DNA of 64,000 nucleotides from Candidatus Bathyarchaeota archaeon (GCA_963733055.1 CAVTBR010000003.1:384001-448000); one strand, 5' to 3'; shown: positions 38,407 through 49,002, counted from the stretch's first letter. The notes: generated from the sequence alone by a model not told the origin. Made by a program: numbers and translations.

Positions 38407-40668
38407 TTGCGAGTAGAAGAACTCCCTATTCCAGACTCGGTCAAAGCAGTGGTCGCCAAAGCGGGTTATGAAACGCTATACCCCCCGCAAGAAGACGCCA
38501 TTAAGGCGGGAGTTCTCGACGGAAAGAACCTCGTACTGGCAAGCCCAACAGCCTCCGGAAAGACTCTCGTAGCTGAACTTGCGATTTTGAAGTCTATTCT
38601 GGAGCATGATGGCAAAGCGCTGTACCTCACTCCTCTCCGTGCGCTAGCAAGCGAGAAATTTGAAGACTTTCAAAAGTACGCTGAAATTGAGAAATCGCCT
38701 GGGCACAAGGTCAGGGTCGCCATCACGAGCGGCGATTACGACAGCTCCGACTTACACCTATCCAACTATGACGTCATTATCTCGACGAACGAGAAAGCAG
38801 ATTCTCTGTTAAGGCACCGATCGCCATGGCTCGCTGACATAACCGTAGTCGTCGCCGACGAAATCCACCTAATCACCGAAGCAGACAGAGGCCCCACCTT
38901 GGAAGTAGTGCTGACGCGGCTACTGAAAATTAACCCGAAACTGCAAATCATCGCACTAAGCGCAACCATAAAAAACGCAGCCGAGATCGGCGAATGGCTT
39001 GACGCCGCCCAGATCACAACAGACTGGCGACCCGTCCCCCTTCGCGAAGGAGTCTTCTACGGCGGACAAATCCAATTCAAAGACGGTTCCTCACGAGCGA
39101 TTCCGCATTCCGAATCGAACCCAATATTCGAAACCGCGCTTGACGTCATACGAGATGGAGGCCAAGTGCTCATTTTCGCCGAGACCCGACGAAGTGCCGT
39201 CGAGATGGGAAAGAAAGCAGCCGCACTGCTAAGGAGGAGCTTACCAAAGCCGGACCGTAGAGGCCTGGAAAACATTGCTCAACGAATTCTATCAACAGGT
39301 GAGAGAACGCGGCTAGGCGAAACCTTGGCTGAGCAAGTTCTGAGCGGAGTAGCATTCCACCACGCTGGCTTGCCCGGTGGACATCGGAGAATCGTCGAAG
39401 ACTCTTTCAAGGCCGGACGTCTCAAGATCCTTTCAGCGACCCCTACGGTAGCGGCGGGAGTGAATCTACCTGCCAGAACGGTGATCATCAGTAGCTACGA
39501 ACGCTACGAAGCGGGCTACGGACGGTACCCCATCTCGGTTCTTGAGTATAAGCAAATGTGCGGCAGGGCTGGCCGTCCGAGGTATGATAAGTTCGGGGAA
39601 GCCATCTTGATTGCTAGAACTGAAGATGAACAGGATTACCTGCTCAAGAATTACCCGCTAGCCGAGTCCGAGAGAATCTGGTCGAAGCTCGGAGCAGAGA
39701 AAGTTCTGAGGCCGCATGTGTTGGCTACGGTTGCAACGAGGTTTGCGACTAGCGAAAGTGGGTTGGAGAGATTCTTCGCAAAGACCTTCTACGCGTTCCA
39801 ATATGACCCTAAGATGATCAATGGAAAGCTTGGAGGCATACTCTCATTTCTACACAGGGAACAGATGGTTGAGTTCGCGGGAGACGAGCTGAAAGCCACT
39901 AGATTCGGCCGACGCGTTTCTGAACTCTACATCGACCCAGTTTCCGCCGTCATACTCCGCGACGGATTGTACACCCGCGCAAAACATGTCACGGACGTGA
40001 GCTTCCTTCACCTAATCTCCAGAACCCCTGACATTTCTCCAAAACTGTATCCTCGGCGCGGCGAAGACGAGATGCTCGACCTGTTCGCCAAGGAACACCA
40101 AGACGAGTACATGTGCGAGGTCCCTGAATATTACGGGGACACGAACGGGATCACCTACGAAGAATTTCTCGCCGAAATCAAGTGCGCGAGAGTCATGTAT
40201 GAGTGGATAAACGAGACCTCCGAGGACGGAATCCTAGAAGTTCACCGAGTCGAGCCCGGCGACATCCTCAGAATGGTCGACACGTCAAGATGGCTATTAC
40301 ACGCCACCTATCAGTTAGCAGAACTGTTTGGCCATAAAGATCTCCTGAATCAAGCCTACGAACTCCAAGTTCGATGCGCGAAGGGCGTGAAATCCGAACT
40401 TGTCCCACTCGTTGAACTTGATGGAGTAGGGCGTGTTCGTGCGAGATCACTCTTCAACGCAGGCTACAAGAATTTGGAAGAATTGAAACACGCCTCCGTA
40501 ACAGACCTGATGAACGTACCCTTGATAGGGCCGTCTCTAGCCAAGAAAATAAAAGAGCAGGTTGGCGGACTCATAAAAGCAGAGGAATGGGAAACGCTGA
40601 AAGCGAAAGACGCCGAGACTACGGAGCAGAGCTTGCTCACGGATTACAAGAAGGACGACGAGTTCTAA
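38407..40668 (+). CDS. hel308: Hel308/Hjm Ski2-like DNA helicase
   Basis: PTASGKT, DEIH, LSAT, FHHAGL, GVNLPA, QMCGRAGRP, GVGRVRAR. Confidence 0.95.
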   Translation: MRVEELPIPDSVKAVVAKAGYETLYPPQEDAIKAGVLDGKNLVLASPTASGKTLVAELAILKSILEHDGKALYLTPLRALASEKFEDFQKYAEIEKSPGHKVRVAITSGDYDSSDLHLSNYDVIISTNEKADSLLRHRSPWLADITVVVADEIHLITEADRGPTLEVVLTRLLKINPKLQIIALSATIKNAAEIGEWLDAAQITTDWRPVPLREGVFYGGQIQFKDGSSRAIPHSESNPIFETALDVIRDGGQVLIFAETRRSAVEMGKKAAALLRRSLPKPDRRGLENIAQRILSTGERTRLGETLAEQVLSGVAFHHAGLPGGHRRIVEDSFKAGRLKILSATPTVAAGVNLPARTVIISSYERYEAGYGRYPISVLEYKQMCGRAGRPRYDKFGEAILIARTEDEQDYLLKNYPLAESERIWSKLGAEKVLRPHVLATVATRFATSESGLERFFAKTFYAFQYDPKMINGKLGGILSFLHREQMVEFAGDELKATRFGRRVSELYIDPVSAVILRDGLYTRAKHVTDVSFLHLISRTPDISPKLYPRRGEDEMLDLFAKEHQDEYMCEVPEYYGDTNGITYEEFLAEIKCARVMYEWINETSEDGILEVHRVEPGDILRMVDTSRWLLHATYQLAELFGHKDLLNQAYELQVRCAKGVKSELVPLVELDGVGRVRARSLFNAGYKNLEELKHASVTDLMNVPLIGPSLAKKIKEQVGGLIKAEEWETLKAKDAETTEQSLLTDYKKDDEF

Positions 40669-42041
40669 GCCGTTAAACCACGGGCCCGACGTTCAGAAAT
40701 TGTCTTCTCAATCGCGGAATCTACAAGCTCCTTGGACATGCCCAGGTATCCATTCGGGTCCAATGCCGAGTCCAGCTCGGTCTTAGTGAGATGCTTTGTC
40801 ACGATTGGGTCCTGTTTTAGAGTGTCGCCGAAGTTCGCGTGTTTGCGTTGGCTTTCGAAAACTAGTTTTTGCAGGAGGCTGTGGGCTTCCTGTCTTGGCA
40901 TTCCTTTGTTGACGAGAGAGATCAGGACTGATTCGGACATGAGAGGGTCCTTGAACTTCATCAGGTTCTCAAGCATTCCTTTCTCGTTTACGCGGAGTCC
41001 GTCAAGAATCCGAATCATTGAGGTTAGCATGTGATCGAGTATGATGAATGATTCTGGGATGACGAACCGTTCGGTTGCCGATTGCGACAGATCACGTTCG
41101 TGCCATGTTACTATGGACTCTAGGGCCGGGCTGACTAGGCTTCTCTCCATTCTTGCTAGGCTTGAAATATTCTCACTCCGCCAGGGATTTCGTTTCTGAG
41201 GCATCGCTGAACTACCGACCTGTTTGCCTTCTACAAAGGGTTCGGCCAGCTCGTCAATCTCGGGCCTTTGCAAGTTTCTGATCTCTGTCGCGAACTTATC
41301 CAGCGAGCTGCCGAGTATCGCGAAAACGGTCACTAATTCGGCGTATCGGTCGTGTTGCACGATCTGGCTGGTGACGTCAGCAGCCTTTAGTCCTAAGTGT
41401 TTCATGACTGATTCTTGAATTGCGAGAGCGTGCTCGCCTAGCCCTGCCATTGTGCCTATAGCCCCACTCATCTTCCCAACCAGCACGCGCTCACGGCATT
41501 GCCTGACTCGTTCAATATGCCGGCCAACTTCGCGCAGCCAGACCGCGAATTTCAGGCCGAGCGTCATAGGGAGAGCGTGTTGTCCGTGGGTTCGGCCGAT
41601 CATTATTGTTCCACGATACTTCCGCGAAAGCGTGATGAGTTTCTCCTCGAGCGTGTCCAGTTTTCTTTCCGCAATTCCAAGGCCTTCTTTCATCTGCAGT
41701 GCGAGAGCAGTATCGAGAACATCAGAGGAGGTGGCTCCGAAATGCACGTAGGCGCCACCTTTTCCCGAAACCTCCGCTAACGCTTCGACTAACGCCATGG
41801 TCTCGTGTTCTGTCGTTTTCTCTATCTCGTGAATTCTCTCAAGCTTCACGTATTTCGTGGAAGCATGACGCTCGATCTCTTCTGCGGCTGAGGATGGAAT
41901 ATCGCCAACCTCCGCTCTAGCCCTCGCCAAGGCGGCCTCAACATCAAGCATCTTCTGGAATCTCGTTTCCTCTTCGAACACTAGGCGCATTTCCGCGCTA
42001 CCATAGCGGCCCGTGTCGATTGGCAGAATCGGCAAAAGCAA
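40665..42041 (-). CDS. purB: Adenylosuccinate lyase
   Basis: HFGATSSD, GRTHGQHA, GSSAMPQKRNP, HERDL. Confidence 0.95.
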   Translation of the reverse strand: MLLPILPIDTGRYGSAEMRLVFEEETRFQKMLDVEAALARARAEVGDIPSSAAEEIERHASTKYVKLERIHEIEKTTEHETMALVEALAEVSGKGGAYVHFGATSSDVLDTALALQMKEGLGIAERKLDTLEEKLITLSRKYRGTIMIGRTHGQHALPMTLGLKFAVWLREVGRHIERVRQCRERVLVGKMSGAIGTMAGLGEHALAIQESVMKHLGLKAADVTSQIVQHDRYAELVTVFAILGSSLDKFATEIRNLQRPEIDELAEPFVEGKQVGSSAMPQKRNPWRSENISSLARMERSLVSPALESIVTWHERDLSQSATERFVIPESFIILDHMLTSMIRILDGLRVNEKGMLENLMKFKDPLMSESVLISLVNKGMPRQEAHSLLQKLVFESQRKHANFGDTLKQDPIVTKHLTKTELDSALDPNGYLGMSKELVDSAIEKTISERRARGLTA

Positions 42042-42172
42042 AACCGAGTCTGATCTAGGGTTCGCTTCAAATATAAAACTCGGGCTTTGAGCCCGACTGC
42101 GCCTACAACCTACGGAAACCGTGCTGAAAAGTCATTGAGATGGTTTAGGGTACGGCGTATTCTAGCTCGCAA

Positions 42173-42880
42173 TCACTCTCGTTTTCGAAGTCTAAGAATC
42201 AAGAGTGCAAACAGTCCAACTACGATTCCGAGTAGTAACGCCTCGGGTGGAAAGCCTGGGATACTGGGTGAGGACGTGCTTCCGGGGATCACCGTCGTAA
42301 TTGTGGTCAGTAAGGGTTGTGTAATTGTATAGCCTCCAGAGGATAGGTTGGCTACGATGGTTCCTTCGGCATTTCTCGCATTCGAAGAATTAACGAGCAC
42401 AAGAACCCAGGCTCCGGAACTGGGAAGAGCGGCGTTGAAGGCGTATGACTTCGTGAGTAATTGACTTGCAACTGCCGCCGTCGTACTTCCACACGTTCCT
42501 TGCGTCACCCAACCCTGATAGGTTGAGCTTTGGACTAGGTAGAAGTCGACCGGGCTGTCTGACGTGAAGTTCCCGGAAATATATTGCCCCGCACTGCCAG
42601 TGAAATTTAACGTCCAAAATTCGCACGGTAGATTGGTTCCAGTCGTAGCGAGTACTGTGAAGGGGCCATTGATGATCTGTTGGGACTGTGAGAGGGAAGT
42701 GGAGAGGCTCGTGCCTACAGTAGCAGTAGTTGTCACCATCTGGAACGCGTGAGAAGCCAAAGCGAAGATGTTCGAGTTACCGGCAACCGTCGAGAACGAA
42801 AGCGCACAAACAATCACGATGAGCAGAGCGAAACGCTTTTGCAAAGAGGCACCCTGATCCACATTCCCACGTTTGGTCAT
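42173..42880 (-). CDS. Secreted/surface protein with IPGFP C-terminal sorting signal
   Basis: Signal peptide, S/T-rich linkers, IPGFPPEALLLG-TM-RLRKRE. Confidence 0.8.
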   Translation of the reverse strand: MTKRGNVDQGASLQKRFALLIVIVCALSFSTVAGNSNIFALASHAFQMVTTTATVGTSLSTSLSQSQQIINGPFTVLATTGTNLPCEFWTLNFTGSAGQYISGNFTSDSPVDFYLVQSSTYQGWVTQGTCGSTTAAVASQLLTKSYAFNAALPSSGAWVLVLVNSSNARNAEGTIVANLSSGGYTITQPLLTTITTVIPGSTSSPSIPGFPPEALLLGIVVGLFALLILRLRKRE

Positions 42881-42956
42881 AAAACCGTTTGCATACCGTT
42901 TAATTGTGGTCTAGAACAGTGAGAATTTCCGTCGTAATTTTCGTGAGGTGCAGATT

Positions 42957-44366
42957 TTGGGTGCGATCGTCGGCATTGCAACCTTTAGCGACGTGAACAC
43001 CCCTCCCATCGTTGAGACAATGCTTGATGCCCTCAATCACCGCGGAACCTACAACAAGACGATGACAATCGATGGTGACAAAGTATCCGCGATCACAATT
43101 GGTTGTTCTTCACACTTCGAATCGAATCTCGACATCGTCAATTCCCCTAAATCGATGGTCGCGTTCAACGGCTCTTTTTACGAGCGGCGGACACTCGGAA
43201 ATGCTAGGTTTGTCCTTCGTGAAACCGAGCACTCTCCTCCCATCAAAGGTATCCGGCGAATCGAGAACCAGATCGGTGGATTCGCCAGCCTAGTCGCTCG
43301 GAGGGACCGATTGTATGCATTCAGGGACATTAACGGTTTGAAACCCCTTTACTACGCACGCGCCCACCATCTCACAGCGTTTGCGTCTGAGAGGAAAGCC
43401 CTCTGGAGAATCGGTCTAAAGAATCCGGAACCGATTCCACCAGGTTTTGCATGTACGTTCACCAAGAGAGGATTCGCTAAGAAACGGATTGTTCAGTTTC
43501 AACCGCCAAGAGAGACGGAGATGACGATTGAGCACGCCTCGTCCGTGCTTCGCCGATTGATGGCCAAATCAATCAGACGGGTCACTCATTTCAAAGGGAA
43601 GATTGCCGTAGCATTCTCAGGTGGACTAGACAGCGCACTAACGGCAGTCATGGCGAAGAAAACAGGCGTTGACGTAGAAGCGGTAAGCGTCGGGCTATCC
43701 AACGCCCCAGAAGTGACGACGGCCGACAAGTTCGCCAAAGAACTTGGCATACCGGTCACCGTGGAAACGTTTGCCCTGGACTCGCTTGAAGAGTACATTC
43801 GTCGCGTAGTATGGCTCATCGAAGAACCAAACTTGATGAAAGTAAGTGTTGCCATTCCTCTGCACTGGGCAGCAAAAATTGCTGCAAGACGAGGCTGCGG
43901 AGTGATGTTATGTGGACAGGGCAGCGACGAACTTTACGGCGGGTATTACAAGTACGCGAAGACATTGGACAACAAGGGACCGGGAGCCCTGGCCCGACAT
44001 CTCTTCCGTAGCGTTATTGAATCTTCTCAAGTCAACTACGAGAGAGATGATCAGGCAACCTCCCCGTTCCCGATAGAATTACGCACCCCCTTCGCCGACC
44101 CAGACGTAATCCGATTCTCACTAACCATCCCGTTGGAGTTCAAGGTGAAGGAGGGCAACGATGTTACTAGGAAATGGGTGCTACGAAATGTGGCCAAGAT
44201 GGTCGGCGTACCGGACGATATTACTTGGCGCCGAAAGAAGGCGATCCAACACGGGACGGGGGTGGAGAACGCCATTCGAAAACTTGGAAAGAGTTACGGG
44301 CTTACCGTCGACGACTTCCTAACGAAGACGTACGACGAGGTAAAACGAATGGAGTCCATGCCTTGA
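42957..44366 (+). CDS. Asparagine synthetase B-like protein
   Basis: RDINGLKPLYY, FASERKAL, AFSGGLDS, GQGSDELYGGY, RRKKAIQHGTG; SD GAGGTG before TTG; no N-terminal Cys. Confidence 0.85.
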   Translation: MGAIVGIATFSDVNTPPIVETMLDALNHRGTYNKTMTIDGDKVSAITIGCSSHFESNLDIVNSPKSMVAFNGSFYERRTLGNARFVLRETEHSPPIKGIRRIENQIGGFASLVARRDRLYAFRDINGLKPLYYARAHHLTAFASERKALWRIGLKNPEPIPPGFACTFTKRGFAKKRIVQFQPPRETEMTIEHASSVLRRLMAKSIRRVTHFKGKIAVAFSGGLDSALTAVMAKKTGVDVEAVSVGLSNAPEVTTADKFAKELGIPVTVETFALDSLEEYIRRVVWLIEEPNLMKVSVAIPLHWAAKIAARRGCGVMLCGQGSDELYGGYYKYAKTLDNKGPGALARHLFRSVIESSQVNYERDDQATSPFPIELRTPFADPDVIRFSLTIPLEFKVKEGNDVTRKWVLRNVAKMVGVPDDITWRRKKAIQHGTGVENAIRKLGKSYGLTVDDFLTKTYDEVKRMESMP

Positions 44367-44447
44367 CCCCAGACGAAGGCAAAGATCAAGGTAAGCGTCA
44401 TATGAAACGGATAATACTCTTTGCATGTACACGTGGAGTGAGCCGGA

Positions 44448-44945
44448 TTGCAACCTCTTGGACGCTGCCCCCGATGTGGCTACGCGCTCACTTACGACGG
44501 TAAGGCATACAGATGCGAATTCTGCGGGTATCCGAAAACCCGCCAACCGTTCAAGACTTCTTTACGAAATCTAGAGCGTAGCGTACGATTCAAGATGGAG
44601 GGCCTGCTCGAGGGTAGCAGAAGGGAACAATATCAAAGAATGAGTTTTCAATACCAATATGCGGCTCGACGTCAGGTTTGCGATTCCTGCGGCCTCAGAA
44701 TCCCCAACGGAGTGCAGATGTGTCCTTACTGCGGAACCCCTCAGAGAATCCCTCAACCCGTCCCAGAAAACGCCCCCCACGTGGTTCCACCTCAAAGTGG
44801 TGATCAACGTATCCTCGACTACATCGCGGCACGTAACGGGACAATCTCCATTTCACAAGCCGCCTCCGAACTCTCGATTTCCCCCGAAAACCTTCGCGCG
44901 ACAATAGAGAGGTTGAAGCAAGCAGGCCTCCTGAAACCGGCATGA
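44448..44945 (+). CDS. Zinc-ribbon protein with C-terminal winged-helix domain
   Basis: Four CxxC motifs; ILDYI...GTISISQAASELSI...IERLKQAGLL. Confidence 0.8.
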   Translation: MQPLGRCPRCGYALTYDGKAYRCEFCGYPKTRQPFKTSLRNLERSVRFKMEGLLEGSRREQYQRMSFQYQYAARRQVCDSCGLRIPNGVQMCPYCGTPQRIPQPVPENAPHVVPPQSGDQRILDYIAARNGTISISQAASELSISPENLRATIERLKQAGLLKPA

Positions 44946-44970
44946 GCAACGCGTCGTAGAGGGTTCGCAA

Positions 44971-45540
44971 ATGCTCTCAATCGCAGTTGATTTAGACGGA
45001 GTTCTAGCTAATACGATGGCGCCAGCCTGCAAAATAATCAACCAACGCCACTCTACCCATTTCGAAGTGTCCTCTTTCGTTCGGTGGAGGGCTTGGGAGA
45101 CCGCGAAGATTACGAGGGAGGAGTTCTTTCGAACGTTGGACCAAGCGTGGTTCGAATGGCAAACGATTCCTCCGACCGAGGAACACATAGCCGAGAAAGT
45201 CGATCGGCTAAGGGAATTTGGCAAGGTAGACATAGTTACCGGTCGGAGTCCAGAGACAGTTGCTTCGGCCAACTCCTGGCTCAAGAAACAGGGCATACAA
45301 TTCTGCTCTTTCGTGAGGGCCGACAGCGGGAATGATAAATCGAGACTGAATTATGATGTCTTCATTGACGACTCCCCTGAACTTATGTTCCAACTCTCCA
45401 AACGTAACAAACACGGAATATTATATACGCAGCCGTGGAACGAGGAACTTCCCCAGATGACGCGAATTTTCCGAGTTGACTCCTGGGATCAGACCCTAGG
45501 AATCGTTGGAGAAATCGTAAAAGGGTGGGGTCGGGTATAG
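44971..45540 (+). CDS. HAD-family 5'(3')-deoxyribonucleotidase-like protein
   Basis: AVDLDGVLA, IVTGR, VFIDDSP, QPWN. Confidence 0.88.
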   Translation: MLSIAVDLDGVLANTMAPACKIINQRHSTHFEVSSFVRWRAWETAKITREEFFRTLDQAWFEWQTIPPTEEHIAEKVDRLREFGKVDIVTGRSPETVASANSWLKKQGIQFCSFVRADSGNDKSRLNYDVFIDDSPELMFQLSKRNKHGILYTQPWNEELPQMTRIFRVDSWDQTLGIVGEIVKGWGRV

Positions 45541-45546
45541 AAGTAT

Positions 45547-46020
45547 GTGACTCCCATGGCGGTATACTCGGTGAGATACGGGTTCAAACAGATTCTTCCA
45601 CTAGCCGGGAAAGAAGCTTTCGAATGGTGCACAGACTACAAGCCCTACGATTTTAGTCTCATGCATGAAAAGGGCAGACGAAGGATTCAGAAACTTACAC
45701 GCGACGCAATCATTCTGACAGAAACAACTCGCAAAAACAATAAAACAATAATTAAAGCGAAACTAATCAGACTGAATAAGTCTCAACTGTCTTGGACGAA
45801 CGTCCACATATCTGGCCCCAACCGACACTCAGAATTCTTGTACCAAATAGAGCCACTAGGAAAGAATCGTTCACGACTCAATTTTACTGGCTTACTGATC
45901 TGCAATTCGAGTCGCGCCCTCTCTAATCAGAAGCTTCGCAAGATAGCCCGAGACGAGAGACGAGCGGACTCACGTGTCTGGCGTTATTTGTCAATTGCCA
46001 TGCGGAAAGAAATGGCTTGA
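45547..46020 (+). CDS. Hypothetical protein (possible SRPBCC-like fold)
   Basis: AFEWCTDY..D near the N-terminus; basic 157-aa ORF in an operon with upstream genes. Confidence 0.65.
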   Translation: MTPMAVYSVRYGFKQILPLAGKEAFEWCTDYKPYDFSLMHEKGRRRIQKLTRDAIILTETTRKNNKTIIKAKLIRLNKSQLSWTNVHISGPNRHSEFLYQIEPLGKNRSRLNFTGLLICNSSRALSNQKLRKIARDERRADSRVWRYLSIAMRKEMA

Positions 46021-46040
46021 ACCCTTGAATCGGCCTTGAA

Positions 46041-46316
46041 CTATTCCAGGCGCCGAATGATATGATAGCCGAATTGTGTCTTCACGATGCCCGAGGTCTG
46101 TCCTTTCTGAAGGGCGAACGCGGCCTGTTCAAATTCCTTAACCATCCGTCCCCTCGTGAAGGTACCTAGGTCACCGCCACGCTTTCGTGATGGGCAAAGC
46201 GAAACATCGCCAGCGACGTTTGCAAATTTCTCCCCTTTACCCAGCCGCTCAATCACGGCCTGTGCGTCCTTCTCCGATTTTAATAGAATATGTGCGCAAT
46301 GTACCTGATTAGACAG
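46041..46316 (-). CDS. Parvulin-type peptidyl-prolyl isomerase (apparent CTG start)
   Basis: xSNQVHCAHILLK..., SLCPS..RGGDLG.F..G.MVKEFE, TQFGYHII; SD GGTGA upstream. Confidence 0.92.
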   Translation of the reverse strand: MSNQVHCAHILLKSEKDAQAVIERLGKGEKFANVAGDVSLCPSRKRGGDLGTFTRGRMVKEFEQAAFALQKGQTSGIVKTQFGYHIIRRLE

Positions 46317-46505
46317 CTACGATCACCGAATAGTTGAACCCAAAGAACCGGAGATTTAGATAAGCATACTGGGTTCGCGCGGAACATGATCATCTAAGAC
46401 AGCGAATTGGATAGCCACTTCGAAGCTGCGCCAACCCCCAGGGTCCCCACGCGTTGTGTACAAGCCTCCATAATACAGCCCATCACCAAAGAGGTCCCGA
46501 TCGTA

Positions 46506-47213
46506 ATGAGCCTCGCACGAAGTAGCAAGATCCTGAAGCGCCTCAAGTCCATGTCGAATAAGGAAAATGTAGCGGGCATGGCGCGCTTCGGCATCAACCC
46601 GAAGAACACATACGGCATTTCGATTCCCGATCTAAGACGAATCGCTAAGGAGTTGGGGAGAGACCACGTACTCGCGCTTCAGCTGTGGAGATCCGGAATC
46701 CACGAGGCACGCATACTTGCATCCATGATAGACGACCCACAGAAAGTCACCCCATCGCAAATGGAACGATGGGGCAAAGATTTTGATTCGTGGGATGTAT
46801 GCGACCAATGTTGCAGTAATCTGTTCCACAAAACAGCGCTCGCCAGGAAAAAGGCGGTTGAATGGAGTTCACGAAAGGAAGAATTCGTGAAACGAGCCGC
46901 ATTCGCCCTGATGGCCGCAATGGCGGCTCACGACAAAACGAAAGATGACGCTCAATTCAAGAGATTTCTGAAAATTATCAGTGTGAGGTCGAATGATGAG
47001 AGGAATTTTGTCAAAAAAGCAGTGAACTGGGCATTACGGGGGATAGGAAAGCGCAGTAGCGATCTGAATGAGGCGGCAATTGCATCCGCAAAGAAAATTC
47101 AGACCCATCCATCCAAAGCTGCGCGCTGGATCGCTTCCGACGCTCTGCGCGAGTTGACGAGCCCGGCGGTACAACAACGTTTGAACAAGCAAGACAAGTC
47201 GCAGAATGACTGA
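46506..47213 (+). CDS. AlkD-like DNA alkylation repair protein
   Basis: MARFGI, YGISIPDLR, HEARILA, FDSWDVCDQ, DERNFVKKAVNWALRGIGKR. Confidence 0.9.
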   Translation: MSLARSSKILKRLKSMSNKENVAGMARFGINPKNTYGISIPDLRRIAKELGRDHVLALQLWRSGIHEARILASMIDDPQKVTPSQMERWGKDFDSWDVCDQCCSNLFHKTALARKKAVEWSSRKEEFVKRAAFALMAAMAAHDKTKDDAQFKRFLKIISVRSNDERNFVKKAVNWALRGIGKRSSDLNEAAIASAKKIQTHPSKAARWIASDALRELTSPAVQQRLNKQDKSQND

Positions 47214-47364
47214 TTCGGTCCTTTCGTAACAGATTCAATGCCATTTGCGTTGCTTCAATTCTGTCAATCAGAAATCGCTAACCCAACTAGCCGTGCATTT
47301 CCCTATGCGTCTAAACACTTTATGAAAATTCTCACACCCGCACCTTACCTGGGACGGCGGGCTT

Positions 47365-49002
47365 TTGATCACGACATACCGACGAGTTCTGGTTGCTCTA
47401 GTTTTTCTAACCTTGGCTTCGAACCTCACATTACTACAACTCACACAATCTTCCAGCCCACTAACGCCTCTGGTGACAAGTCCAGCTCCTTCCAATGCCG
47501 GAATCCTGGGTGAGACCGCAACCGCGGGCTTTCGCCCCCGAATCACTCCCGTCCTCGGCATTATTCGGGTCTTGGTTATCGCGGTTGCTTTTTCTGACGT
47601 AAAACCGACCCTGAGTATCGATGGGATAAAGCGGGAATGGTTCGGAACCGTCCCTGCCTATTATCATGAAATTTCCTATGGAAAACTGACTATCCAAGGT
47701 GATGTCTATGGATGGTACAAACTCCCGCACCCTGAATCGTATTACGGTAGGGATTGCCACGCAATCAACGACGCTGACTGCAGTGGAACAAATCAATCAT
47801 GGAAGATTGCAAACGACACCGTGCCTCTGGCCGAGAAGGATGTTAACTTCAGCAACTATGACTACTTCGTCTTCATCCATTCCGGGGCCGGCCAAGAAAC
47901 CAGCCTCAAACCAAACGACGTCTGGTCGGTAACATACCTAGATGCCTCCGTAGAAGCCAACTCTAAGAATCTAACCCGATTCAGCATAGTACCAGAATTA
48001 GAGGCGCAGCCAAACGTTCCAAACGGGGATTGGTGCGTCGAGTTCGCTCATGACTTGGGAGTACCAGACCTCTACAATACTACAAACGGCCCGAACCACG
48101 CGAAATTAATCCTGGGTCCATGGGAACTTATGGATAAGGGATCATGGAACGGCGATCCACCGGGCTCGCTTCCTGCTCACATGACAGCCTGGCTGAAAAT
48201 GCAACTCGGATTCATCAGCGGCTCCACACTCGAAACAGTTCCGCTCGGACCCTCCACCATCCTCGTAGACCCGACTGAGATTCCTTCGAACAATGTCCAC
48301 GCAATCAAAATACCGCTAGGCAATTCACAGAATTCAACACAATACTACTTGGTTGAAGTGAGAAAACAAATCGGCTTCGACGCCGCACTTCCCAATGCGG
48401 GCGTTCTAATCACGTTTGTGAATGAGAGCCTCTCGGTCGGAGAGGTTCGCTTAATCAATGGTGATCCAGGGGTTTCCGATTTGGAGGACGCGGTTTGGCA
48501 TTTGGGCCAGACATTCGCTGATAGCCGTCACAACCTCACCATTACAGTCTCGGGTGAGACGGGGAACTCCTATGAAGTCACAGTAACCAGAGGCACCAGC
48601 CCGGCTCCCACTGCACAACTTGCCACAAACAATTCGACAGCGCGAATCATTATAGCAGGAACTAATTTAACAGTTGAACTCGCAACAACCCTACCCGCTC
48701 AGGAGCGCGGCCTCTCCGGGCTGCCGTCCCTGCCCAGCAACGAAGGAATGCTATTCGTCTTCGACCATGCGGATTACTGGGGCTTTTGGATGATCGGGAT
48801 GAAATTCCCACTGGACATAATCTGGTTTAACTCAGCCAGACAAGTGGTCTGGACGGAACCGGACTTGAAACCATGCCCGCCCTCTAATTGCCCGGTGCTA
48901 ATGCCAAATGTCAAAGCGATGTACGTCTTAGAAGTGAACGCAGGCTTTATCGCCGCCCATCACATTACGATAGGAACTACCTTCTCGTTCTCGACTTTCT
49001 AG
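47365..49002 (+). CDS. Secreted M6-family metalloprotease-like domain fused to DUF192
   Basis: YYHEISYG, IHSGAGQE, VEFAHDLGVPDLY, WELMDKGSWN, YYLVEVR; C-terminal QERGLS..GMLFVF..FWM..M.FPLDIIW..YVLEVNAG. Confidence 0.85.
   Translation: MITTYRRVLVALVFLTLASNLTLLQLTQSSSPLTPLVTSPAPSNAGILGETATAGFRPRITPVLGIIRVLVIAVAFSDVKPTLSIDGIKREWFGTVPAYYHEISYGKLTIQGDVYGWYKLPHPESYYGRDCHAINDADCSGTNQSWKIANDTVPLAEKDVNFSNYDYFVFIHSGAGQETSLKPNDVWSVTYLDASVEANSKNLTRFSIVPELEAQPNVPNGDWCVEFAHDLGVPDLYNTTNGPNHAKLILGPWELMDKGSWNGDPPGSLPAHMTAWLKMQLGFISGSTLETVPLGPSTILVDPTEIPSNNVHAIKIPLGNSQNSTQYYLVEVRKQIGFDAALPNAGVLITFVNESLSVGEVRLINGDPGVSDLEDAVWHLGQTFADSRHNLTITVSGETGNSYEVTVTRGTSPAPTAQLATNNSTARIIIAGTNLTVELATTLPAQERGLSGLPSLPSNEGMLFVFDHADYWGFWMIGMKFPLDIIWFNSARQVVWTEPDLKPCPPSNCPVLMPNVKAMYVLEVNAGFIAAHHITIGTTFSFSTF

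Noticed and set aside
32784-40668. Inteins in RFC, MCM or Hel308
   Set aside because: Motif spacing and lengths are normal; no intein termini or LAGLIDADG blocks seen
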